The notes beneath the pieces were generated by a model. It was not told where the DNA came from and ran no database searches. It was given only the letters and a program-made list of their open reading frames with translations. A stretch of DNA of 64,000 bases from Podarcis liolepis (lineage: Eukaryota), in assembly GCA_965112155.1 (NCBI GenBank), contig OZ218114.1; one strand, given 5' to 3'. Shown here piece after piece: positions 1 through 10,625 of this stretch. The stretch's first letter is position 1; every line of letters begins with the position of its first letter. Position numbers and translations under genes: made by a program.

Positions 1-149
1 GATCCAATGTCTGGATGTGGGCCAATGAACATCACCTGAATCCTAGGAAGACAGAGGCTTTGTGAGTTGATCATTCCTTGATCTGGAAGACGAGCAAGCT
101 GCTTGCCCTGATCACCATTTAACTTTCTTTGAATAAGCAGGTATGTCAT

Positions 150-375
150 TTGGAGGGACTCCTGGAACCCTCTTCAACTTGAGGCACAGGTGGTCTGGAT
201 GGCCTTGAGTGCTTTTTATCAGTTTCAACTGGTATGCCAACTGCAGCTTTTCCTAGATAAGGACAACCTGACCACAGTAGTCCATGCACTGGTAATGTCA
301 GGACTGGATTACTGCAAGGCCCTCTATTTGGGGCTGCCCCTGGGTCTAGACAGGAAGACTCAGCTGGCACAGAAT
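150..375 (+). mobile_element. L2/CR1-group LINE ORF2 fragment (decayed)
   Basis: AFYQFQLVCQLQLFLDKDNLTTVVHALVMSGLDYCKALYLGLP resembles the squamate L2 post-RT motif (AFYQLRL...LVTSRLDYCNALY.GLP). Confidence 0.75.
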
Positions 376-676
376 GGTGATGATAGTGATGAACTACCAT
401 CAACTCATGACACCAGCATGGAAAGAACGTTCCAAAATCCGAGCTTGATAATGTCAAGAATGTTGAGATTGTTAACCCAGGCAGATCAGGCGATCTGGGG
501 AGCCAGTAGGGAGCTTGCTGACATAGTTCTCAAGTTTCAACCAACCAGCAGCTCATGTAGGGTGACAGTTGAGATAAGACACCCTTTAACAAAAGAAGTT
601 TACTAAACTATTGTTTTATTTTTAAATTCTTTATACCTGAGCCACTCAAGCACAGAAGCTCTGCAGTGGCTTTATA

Positions 677-721
677 AGGTAAAAAGGTAAAGGACCCTTG
701 GACAGTTAAGTCCAGTCAAAA
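677..721 (-). mobile_element. Severely 5'-truncated Sauria-SINE-type insertion with 8-bp TSD
   Basis: aggtaaaaaggtaaaggacccttggacagttaagtccagtc is the reverse complement of an (ACCTTT)n-tailed 3' end; flanked by gctttata at 669-676 and 722-729. Confidence 0.7.
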
Positions 722-959
722 GCTTTATACTGTAAATACAAGCACTTCATTCATCCATTACAAAGCCCCAGCAATAAATGAATCCATTTCCTTTTCTTTC
801 CCCCCCTTTTCCTTTTAGGGATCTGCATTCTTGCCTTCCAGCCCAAACTTTGTTAAATCTCATATATATAGTCACAATAATGACATAAATTGCAGATACC
901 TACATATAATAAATATATATGACACTTAATATTTTACCACATAGAAAAACTATTGTAAC

Positions 960-1230
960 TCCATAAGTAAGTTAAATTTATCCTACAGAAATTCAATAAG
1001 CAGGTTCAATTTATCTTAAAGTTCTTTTCTTTCTTCTCTGACTTCTTTCACTCTAATCAATTCCAGAAGTCTATACATTGCTGTTACCCTTCCACGTTTT
1101 TGTTAACCATTCTTTCACTGTTGGTGGTGACCCAGAAATTTTTTCAACAAGCATGCAAGCAGTTACTAATAGATTCCAAATTAACTTTTTTAAAAAAAGT
1201 TTAATTGTGGATCTAAATACCCTTTTTCAT
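960..1230 (-). mobile_element. Possible L1-like LINE 3' fragment
   Basis: Minus strand reads ...LLVTACML...PPTVKEWLTKTW, like the L1/Tx1 ORF2 C-terminus; AT-rich, frameshifted. Confidence 0.4.
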
Positions 1231-1779
1231 ACCTTTGGGCTCACACAGTGGTAAACGTGAAGAGATAAGATCACTGACTGAACAAAGATGAAGGGGTCTT
1301 CCGCACTTCCTCTTGTCCCTAGAAAGCTTGGGTCTGAGAGGTATTCTGCTTGCCCTGTGCTTTCCAGGTATGAATCCAAGCAGTTTTTTGTTTGTCCCAC
1401 CACTTTCAACAGGAAAACCTGCTGTTTATCACTGAATTGGAACGTCATTGGGCAGAAAAACTGATTTCCGATTCAGCAGTAAACATTAGCGGGTCAAGCA
1501 GACGTGTGGACAAGCCTTGAGTTTGAGGACTTATTACCCCTCTCCACTCCACTCCAAATAAAGAAATCATTCCTGGAAGAAGACCGTCTTTGTCTTTAGT
1601 CCAACACCATTTTGTTTGGACAGGAATGGCAAAAAGTAAATTTTTTAGCGCCTTAAAAAAAAATTACTGATGTTGAAAATTGTCCTAAGTCCCTTTTGAA
1701 ATGAGGGCAGTAAGAAAACTAAGTCTTGTGAATACATGTTTGTCCAGTGCGTGCCTAATGAAATATATCATAATATGGG

Positions 1780-2145
1780 GGAGTAATTCAGTTTCATGTC
1801 CATTTTAATGGATACCTGTACCCAATTTACACATCCCCAAGCTATATGCAAACAGAAACGTAGCTATCCTGCAAAATTTGCCCTTCTCTGATTTTTGGGA
1901 TGCAGTTACCAATCCCAAAATTTGTATGCAAGGGAAAAGTGCACATAGAAATACATATGTTGGTGAAAATAATGCGCAGAAATGCATATGAGAAGAAATT
2001 GCTTGCAAAAATATGTATATTGGTAGAAATATGCACTAAAATGCTGGTGAATTTTCATTGGGATTTATATCCAACCAACCAATGTGGAAAGTTGTACTTA
2101 AGACTAGAAAAATGAGAAAATGAGGGAAAATGAAATCAACAAATC
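1780..2145. repeat. Old unclassified AT-rich interspersed repeat (relatives near 24620-24930, 26780-27178, 38690-39030)
   Basis: Shared gaaaatgcatat / aaaatatgtatatt / gcaaaattgc-like subrepeats in both orientations. Confidence 0.5.
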
Positions 2146-2151
2146 TTAAAC

Positions 2152-2275
2152 CAGGGTTGTGGGACATACAGTATGGCCCTCCAGAAGTTGTTGGACTTCA
2201 GCTCCCATCAGTCCAGCCAGCATGGCCACTGGTCCAAGAACGCTGGAACCTGGAGTTCAGTGATGTCTGAACAAC
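2152..2275. mobile_element. Short palindromic squamate MITE-like repeat (about 130 bp)
   Basis: ggccctccagaagttgttggacttcagctcccatca...; further copies near 16002-16131, 21295-21350, 22250-22370, 23890-24020, 37590-37720, 53780-53908, 54550-54660. Confidence 0.65.
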
Positions 2276-3890
2276 ACTGATTTTAGTTCAGTAAAGCTTT
2301 AAGATGGTGCTCATTTGTGGATAGGCACACATGTCCTGATCCAAACCCCAAATCAATGCATCTTAAAGATTGGTGAAGCGGCCTCCCTCCCACCTCTTTT
2401 TTCCTAATATATAAAGACCACCTCCTTACAGCTGCAGAACTGGAAATTTCCCTGCTTCCCACTGGGAAGGACAAACCTATATTCACAAGACTCAAGTATT
2501 TAAGCTATTCTGGGAAAAATACAAAGCAGAAAGCTCCATAGAAGGCCAAGGCTTCTTTACAATATGAAGCCCCACCTGCTTTGAAGGCAGTGGGGCAACT
2601 GGGGTTCTGTGCACAGTTCCCTGGAAGAGTAGGCTATTACTAAATCTGTTCTGTGGGAGATGACAAGGTATTCCACACAGTAATATGGCACCATGACGTA
2701 AAACTCTGGTGAGATCAACATGCCCCACCCCCTCTTCAAGCCATGAAAAAAACAAACTGCGCAGATGTTAAACATTCTAATTTTGGGACACGTGGATAAA
2801 CTGCAAGCAAACCCACTGTGTCTGCAAAGACACCCAGCGGCAAATTGTGTGTTAACTGGAACTGAAATCAAGCTCAGAATTATTATGCAGTTAGTCATGC
2901 TCACCTCAAAGATGTCACAAGGCAGAGGTTTTTAACAGGTGTACATTTTATCAAATGCAACCACTTCATCCCTTTGAGTCCAAAGGATGTATTTGCTGTA
3001 GATGTTTAAATAATTTAGATGAACCACATTTCATGCCACGTCCTGTTTTCCCGCAACTCCCTCTGAGGAATGCGAATTTACAAACCACGGAATGCAACTT
3101 CCAGAAAGAAACTGGAATTTTATTTGAATCTCCTTCAGTGGCCATTTTCATATATTGGTCATGATGCGTTTTGAGGCTTAATAGGATATGAGAAGGGCAA
3201 AATCCAAGAAAAGAACTTGCTGTTTCCAAGCAACTGTTAAGAAGTTATCCTATATTAATAAAGAATAGATAATAGCCAGGCTATATCCAATGTCAATATT
3301 GGATGCTCTTACACTGGGACCTGCCAGTAGACTGGGGCAGTTTTTAATTGAGGGTTCCATGTCATCAAATAGAGAGAAATTTTGGATAATCACACACAAG
3401 ATCACAGCTGTAGGCTTCAGGGGCTCGGAGAAGCATCAGATCTTGTTGGGCATTTTATTTCTTTTTGAAGGCTTCTCAAATTTACCCTGCTCCATTTTAA
3501 TTAAGCCTAATCTAGTTTTTCACCTCTAAAATGAGGGAGCAAGATCAACAGGATGTTAAGAAAGAGGGAGTTAAAGGGGAAGCCCGTCTAAATAGTCAGA
3601 TGAAATAGGTGTTAATTCCCGACAACGTTAAACACACAGATGGCAAAACACCAGCGTATCTCCACTCTGCAACACAATCTGGGGGAAGGGAACTGTGCAG
3701 GGATGAGGGTGCCAGGTCTTTTCTTACTCACACCCATTCATGCTGGAGTGTGCCCATTGCATAGTGGGGCGGGGCATATTAATGGCTCCTGGCCGTGCAC
3801 TCTATCGCACACCATACTGTTTCGTAAACGTGTCTGAGGGGTGTGGGCGAGAGAAAGGAAAGAAGGGAGGAAAGCCTTTCTGCTACTCAC

Positions 3891-3932
3891 GGGCTGGCTC
3901 TGTGTTTTCAGATTCAGTAGGATGCTGGGTTG
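3891..3932 (-). CDS. NCAM1: NCAM1 MSD1c (exon 12C) micro-exon, 42 nt, (T)TQHPTESENTEPA
   Basis: ttccatag|CA ACC CAG CAT CCT ACT GAA TCT GAA AAC ACA GAG CCA GCC C|gtgagt; 42-nt size and TEPA ending match known MSD1c. Confidence 0.9.
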
Positions 3933-4899
3933 CTATGGAAACACGAAGGATAGATCGGACATGTAAAGGTGAAGCCTAGTGTGAAGATAAATTATGAAGG
4001 AAAATAAAAAGGCGGGGAAGGGGGGAAAGAGAGCCTGATGACAAAAAGGCAAGGGCTGAAGAACATTTACGCCAAGGATTTATAAAATAAGGAGAGCCAT
4101 TGGGCTGAGGAGATCCCGGAAGCTCCCTGGGTGATCTTGGGGCAGTTCCTCTCCTTCAGACGAACCTATCTCAGGGTCAAACTAGACATTTCTTTAATTG
4201 CATAGTTCAGAAGTATGTCTAGAGTTGCCTCAGAGGATAGCTGTGAGGATAAAACAGAAAGGAAAGTTGGGGGAGAAGCGAACAAGGTCCTGAACTCCAT
4301 GGAAGGAAAAAAAATGTAACAAATAAGCAGAATATTGGGGAAATGTTGATTGAATACTCCAATAGTTTTGCACTCTTCAGAGGTGGGAATCCCTCGTCTG
4401 CCCCTTTGGAAAAGCAGGAGTCACATCAGCTCCATTCCAGTTGTTGGAGGAAACTCCTTAGGACAACCCAAATTTGGCTGTAGTATGAAGCCTTCAGAAA
4501 ACAAATATGCAAAGACTGTGGCAAGTCTACAGAAATTTAGCATGGGTGTGTCTGCAACAAAATACTGTGGTGTAGAGAGGAAAGCTCCAGTTTGGACTTC
4601 CAGTAACTCCATTTCATCTCCCTGCTGCCCCACTCTAACAGTCAGGTCAGTATTTTGTGCCCACAAAGTATACTCAGTTGTCTCTGTGTTTTGTACGGAG
4701 TGGGTGAGTTCCTGAGGGTTTTCCCCTCAATATTCTTTTTTACGTGTGTGTGTGTGTGTGTGTGTGTTGTGGTGGTGTCCATTTTGGCCATTGCCCAATA
4801 CTCTCTTCCAAACACAACACCTGCTCATTTATAGCCATCACTGCATAACATTACTGCAGGTTAAGAAACCCATAAAGTACTTTTTAACGCCTCACTTAC

Positions 4900-4926
4900 T
4901 GAGAACATTTATAGAACTGAAGAGAG
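4900..4926 (-). CDS. NCAM1: Candidate NCAM1 MSD1b (exon 12B) micro-exon, 27 nt, (P)LFSSINVL
   Basis: ctctttttttaccattccacag|CT CTC TTC AGT TCT ATA AAT GTT CTC A|gtaagt; strong sites, frame-preserving, no stop, between MSD1a and MSD1c; little similarity to mammalian MSD1b. Confidence 0.62.
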
Positions 4927-5369
4927 CTGTGGAATGGTAAAAAAAGAGGCTCTCATTCCACAGAAATCAGTCACCTCTATAATATCAGAACTACCTGATT
5001 GTGTAGATTCCCATTGCAGAGATTTGTCTGTCCCATCCCAGGGTTGCTCTGTCCTCTGACAAACAGAAGAGCACCAGGCAAGCTGAAGAGCAAGAACTGT
5101 GGGTTTTTGTTACAGCTGGACTTGCCGACAGGGGAGAAATGGGTGAGCAGAGTGGTTACGAGACTGAGTTGGAAGGCTCCTGATGCAAGGCTCATCTGCG
5201 ACTCAGCAAAGTTGTCATTGGCAAATGCTCATTGCCTGCCAGTAGTATGCAATGGCAATGCCAGTCTACTTCACAGGGTGCGTGTAAGGAGTGCTAATAT
5301 ATGCAAAAGGAGTGCAACTCAAGATGCTCCTAAACCTACCATGTCCCACCCCCCCCATTTAATTTTTGA

Positions 5370-6066
5370 AGGAGTGGGCATGGTTCACAGGCCAATATTA
5401 GCCCACCAAGGGATCCAATTTGGCCCGCAAGGCTTTTTCCTACAAACCCCACCCACCTGCCCATCAACTGAAGTTACTGATTACGTCAGCTGATGTGTAG
5501 TAGGACAGGGTTTAATTGGTTGTGTGATCTAGTTCCCAGGCAGAATGATTTAATCGCCATTCATCAGCTAAACAGAGATTAAAGCCCTGTGCAGAAGCAC
5601 CCTTTGAAGCAGCTTCTGCATGTGTGCTGCTTCAAAAAGGCTTTTGCAAGGGATGTAAGATAGCTCCTGCACCCCTGTTTGAGCCTCTGGATGCTCAAAT
5701 GGGAATAAAGGTCTGTCTTAAAGCCTTTTGCAAGTGTACTCCTCCCCCTTTAAGTCTCCAATCCTGAAGGCTTAAGAGGGAAGCGCAGACAGAGGTGTAA
5801 AAGACTTTGTGAGCATTCTCCCCACTCCCCATTTAAGCCTCCAAGATAGGGGACTTAAAGAGGGAAGGAGGAAACTCACAAAGCCTTTAGCAAACTCCTC
5901 CCTCTCCCTTTAAGTCCCCAATCTCAGAGGCTTAAAAGTGTGTGGAGACTTGCAAAGTGCAAGTGATTTTGGCAGGTGGAGCAGCCCCTCCTCCTGTCAA
6001 ATCTGGCCTGTGAGACACAACTTCTATGGGTATGGCCCAAGCAGACAAAAGGGTTCGCCAGTCATG
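5370..6066. mobile_element. Non-autonomous DNA transposon (hAT-like) with internal alternating inverted subrepeats
   Basis: ggcccgc/ggccc subterminal motifs and an aaaagggttcgcca end; three ~75-bp TTTAAG..CTTAA units at 5720-5955; boundaries approximate. Confidence 0.45.
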
Positions 6067-6394
6067 GAGTAGAACAGTTCATCATTCACGCTGATGTAGT
6101 GTGTTGCTATCTGGGGACCTTGCAGTGACGGAACGTATTTTTTCCCTCACTCTATCTTAATAAAATCCTCAGCAACATTTAAGAAACAACATTCCTGCAA
6201 TTAAATTCAAAAGGTTATCAGCTCAATCACAATTTAGTAAAGAAATATCCATGCCATCATCTCTCCACCATTCCTTATGCTCTTTCTCAACTGCAATCAG
6301 CCGCTCTGTAATGAAGCAGACTGCTTCACAGTTTCCATCTGGAATTGTTTTGACAGCAAGCCTCCCCCCTTTCCCCTTTTAAGCCCAGGTAGGG

Positions 6395-6428
<34 letters not shown>

Positions 6429-7392
6429 ATAATTAATATTGAAGCCAAAATTGTTGCAACTGCAGCCTTGTGATTCTGTGAGCCAGCTACAAAAACACTC
6501 TCGTTTTCTCACAACTGCATCCCTTGACATCACAACTTGCACAAATGCCCCAGAGCCTTCATGAAATACTGCCCTCCAGTCCCAGCTCTTGTGCTAATGC
6601 TGACTTCCAATTATTGGCTGTAACTTCTTTGCAATGCTCAGTCAGCTGCAAGGGAGTTGCTATCGATCCATTATTTTCAGACATGGCTGCATTGGACAGC
6701 AACTTTATTGCTCACCACCAGCCTGAGAGCAAAGTGCCTTTAACACTCCCCCCTTTAACCCTCAGTTATTTATCTGATCACCCTTTGGGAGGGATACAGC
6801 TTGAACCCCACATGAATTGGATGTCCATAAACCAGCCACGTAAGATTGGCCACCACCAGAGGTACAATATGTGGCTATTATCCATGAAAGCTAAATGGAA
6901 CTTCCATATATATAAGGGCAATGTACTGAACACACAATGGGAAAAGGATGTTGCCCGATTTGCAAGCATCTGGCTGGTCCGTTTGGGAAAGGGAACTGAC
7001 CCCAATGTATGGGTGTCCATGTTTCTTCGGATTTTGAAGGGGGGGAGGGTGAATTCTTTTGGGACTAAACCTAACAGTGGAGTGACAGCAACAGTACAAT
7101 TTCATTTTAGGGCAGCTTGGTGCAACTTGGTGCCCTCTAGATATTTTAGACTCATCAGAGTCCAAGCCAGGGCTGTTTGTTCTTTTCCAATTTTCATTTC
7201 CAACATTTATCCACAAATCTAAACTAACATGAAAGGAACAATTAAGGAGAGTCTGGCTCAGCTAACCTTCCCTGTTTACCCATGAGCTACTTCTGCTGTT
7301 CATTCTCCTTCTTCTGGACTCTAAAGCCCCTTTAATTATAAAACAGAGGCTGGTAAAGTGCAAGATCCCTCACTCCCTAACTGTACTGCGTA

Positions 7393-8155
7393 CAGGTGAA
7401 ACTCGGAAAATTAGAACATCGTGGAAAAGTTCATTTATTTCAGTAAATCAACTTAAAAGGTGAAACTAATATATGAGATAGACTCATGACATGCAAAGCG
7501 AGATATGTCAAGCCTTTATTTGTGCTTCATTATGTTCAGGGTCAACGTAGCCATCTACCAGGAGATTTTGGAGCACTTCATGCTTCCTTCTGCAGACGAG
7601 CTTTATGGGGATGCTGCCTTCGTTTTCCAGTAGGACTTTGGCACCTGCCCACACTGCCAAAAGTACCAAAACCTGGTTCAGTGCCCATGGGATTACTGTG
7701 CTTGATTGCCAAGAGAAAGATGAGAGACATGAGACCGAGCAATGCAGAAGAGCTGAAGGCTGCTATTGAAGCATCCTGGTCTTCCATAACACCTTAGCAG
7801 TGCCACAGACTGATAGCATCCATGTCGCGCCACACTGAGGCAGTAATTGATGCAAAAGGAGCCCAAACCAAGTACTGAGTACAGATACATGCTTCTACTT
7901 CTCAGAGGTCCAATATTGGTCTATTTGCAGTCCTTGTTTTGCTGATTTCATTTAATATTCTAATTTTCTGAGATTGTTAATTTGGGGTTTTCATCAGCTG
8001 TACGCCATAATCATCACAATTATAACAAATAAAGGCTTGACATATCTCGCTTTGCGTGTCATGAGTCTATCTCATATATTAGTTTCACCTTTTAAGTTGA
8101 ATTACTGAAATAAATGAACTTTTCTACAATATTCTAATTTTCCGAGTTTCACCTG
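7393..8155 (+). mobile_element. Internally deleted Tc1-family DNA transposon (IR/DR type)
   Basis: TA|caggtgaaactcggaaaattagaa...ttctaattttccgagtttcacctg|TA; 130-bp TIR match (7393-7522 vs 8026-8155); transposase remnants YQEILEHFMLPSADELYGD..FVFQ*D and AEELKAAIEASWSSITP*QCHRLIASM...AKGAQTKY. Confidence 0.93.
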
Positions 8156-8621
8156 TATGCTAATAATTTTTTAAAAGCTTTTTCTTTGGGAATATCGACC
8201 TCCTACAAGTGAGTTTGTCACCTGGTATCAAAGCAAGCAAACCATTGGAGGCAGCCTGGAAACTTCAACATTGCCTACCCCAGGTGTGTGTGTGTGAAAC
8301 AACAACATCGCAAGTGAAATAGGCACACATGCAGATACGAACAACACTGCATGCTTTGGAGATGGGAAAGAAGGAGGTGTCAACCCCTTGACCAACTTCT
8401 ACAAACAGCAGTGTTAACTGGAAAAATACAACAGCTACTCTAGCATCAGTGTTATTAGGAGATGCAAGAGTTTTATCAGCTACTTTGTTTCTAAGCACAA
8501 GAAGGAAGGTTAAAAAAACTAGAAAAGAAAAGAAGAGAGAAATGCTAAGTTAAAAAGGGCTAGTTCTACATCCAATGTTAGGGTAAGAGCACTCCAGGAG
8601 AAGGAATTCAGAAGCACTTAC

Positions 8622-8636
8622 GTGGCGGTGGAGTGC
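8622..8636 (-). CDS. NCAM1: NCAM1 MSD1a (exon 12A) micro-exon, 15 nt, (R)TPPP
   Basis: ccgcag|GC ACT CCA CCG CCA C|gtaagt; phase 1-1; proline-rich like mammalian HSPPP; long upstream pyrimidine tract (about 8660-8730). Confidence 0.88.
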
Positions 8637-10493
8637 CTGCGGTTTCCCCATGGTTGGAACACAGATGAAAAGAAAAGACAGACACAGACCCCAAAAAAAG
8701 AAAAGATGTAACAGAGATGAAAATAAAGGAGGCGATAGAACAAGGCACTGGAAATTTAAAACAAGCGAGCGTTCCTTGCATTAGGGTCACATTTTCCAGG
8801 TAGGCAGGTTAAGATTATCAGAGAAGAGTAAAAACTGGGCAGCTACAGAAGCACAAGAGGGGAATCGTGTTCATTTATCTGTGCACTGGATAGTTTGTGG
8901 GGACAAGGAGCACAACTAGCTTCCAAGGTAGAGAGGGAGGAACTAGTGGAGTGGGAGAGTTGCTGTAACCTCTGGTCTTTGCTGCAAGGCCCTGGATGTA
9001 GCAGAAGGAGCACTGAGCTGAACAGGCATAGGAAAGGAGGTCTGGGTTTGTTGCTGATTCCGAGGCACACGCGAAGAACATTGGTTGGAGAAAATTGGGA
9101 AAGGGATACAAGGAAGCCCATCCAAACATGAGCAAGCTGGCTACGTAAAGGCTTGAGTGAAACCGGGAGCGGAAAAGGGCTTATATCTGGGGCAACCATA
9201 TATATATATAAAGCCCATTTTGTTCCATATCATGTTACATTCAATCTCGGTTTAATTTTTATTACAAGTCTGAAAACAGCTCAGCTTCCTCCACTTGCCC
9301 CTCCAAAGAAGGAACTGGAAAATGGGAAAACTCAGTATGACAGACATACAGGTCCATCCTCACTCTGAGGAGCGGCAAAATCCAGAGCATTAACTTGCAG
9401 TTAGCTCTCGCTTGTTCACTCTGAATCCTGCCCACATCCCGCAAAGCATATGGTGCACAAATGATGTGGAACTGTAAAATAGGAGCCACAGTGGAACATG
9501 CATGCTCTGTGGCAACCTGATTCTTGAGCTTAACTCTTCTGCCAGTTAGATGGAAGTTTTAAGGTGTGCTCCAACAATATTTCTCTGTCTCTGACAATTC
9601 AGTGAGGCAGAGTATATAATAAGAGTCAAGACTGGCCAAAAGATATAGTTGTTCATAGAGCACAGGGTTAATTTACAGATCATGCTGCTACAAGCAGCAG
9701 TGATGCCTGCTCTATTGGTTGGCTTCAAAATGGAATTAAGACAAATCCAAGAAAGTTGATAAGTCTTTTAATGGTTATTAGCCATGATACTAACACCAGG
9801 GTTGGAAACAGTGTGCCTCTCAGTAGCAGTTACCAATGGACAACAGAAGCAGGCAACTGCTATCCTTCTAGCCTTGTTCGCTGGCTTCTCATTGGGGAAT
9901 TTGTTTGTCTACTGAAATGGATTGAGGCATGGGTGGGTGGGTGATGACGACAACTTGTTGGCCCAGGCAAAGTAAAAGGATTGTCAGTTTGGCTCAAAAC
10001 TCAACCAATGCTTCATAACAGAGGAAGTTCAGATTTAAAAAAAATCACCCTTCTACTCTTTCTCACCCCTTCTACCAGCTGTGCCAGAAAAAAGCTGGTT
10101 CATTTCTCTGTTCCTTACCCACAATATTGTTATGACATGTGCCAAGCTACAACAAAGGAGTGAGCGCTAGTTAAAAAAAGAAAAGCCACACTATCCCCCT
10201 AAACAATCAAACCCCTTATTTCCATAACCAGTCTCTGGGAGTGCAGCTTGGTGGGAGGAAGAACAAAAACAGAAAAGACCATTGGAAGACAGAAAATAAC
10301 AGAAGTGGGTCGATGTTACAACCTGGTGAAATCAGAGAAATCTGGGCAGGTGTTTTGGGAAAGATCAGAATGAGACCTGCAAGAGGAACAGGAGCCATCC
10401 ATGCATGGAAGGGAGGCTGCAAAGAGGCAGGGAGAGAAAATGAAGGACGTTTGCAAAAAGCAAGGAAGAATAGAAAAGCAGGGAGTTACTTAC

Positions 10494-10625
10494 GAACTGG
10501 CTGTGTCTTGAACTCGGAGGGAGAACTGATTTCGCCTGCACCTTTGCCATTGATGGCAGTCAGTCGGATGGCATACCTTGTCTCTGGCTTCAAGCCCATC
10601 ACAGTGAACACACCCTCCATGTTGG
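10494..10625 (-). CDS. NCAM1: NCAM1 exon 12, FN3-1 C-half, 132 nt
   Basis: gaatag|CC AAC ATG...GTT C|gtaagt; ANMEGVFTVMGLKPETRYAIRLTAINGKGAGEISSPSEFKTQPV. Confidence 0.96.

Noticed and set aside
2480-2535. Strong minus-strand acceptor followed by a stop, as a possible SEC (secreted) exon
   Set aside because: No resemblance to the recalled mammalian SEC peptide and no other support; chance acceptors are common.
4975-5055. 81-nt AG/GT-bounded segment as an alternative MSD1b
   Set aside because: Contains an in-frame TAG; the shorter 61-nt version breaks the frame.
6524-7222. Longest ORF in the track (232 aa, plus strand)
   Set aside because: No ATG start, no recognisable domain, antisense within an NCAM1 intron.
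9350-9364. 15-nt segment with ctcctcag|...|gtatgt flanks between exon 12 and MSD1a
   Set aside because: In phase 1 it reads CAG TGA (immediate stop), the donor context is weak and it has no likeness to known MSD exons.
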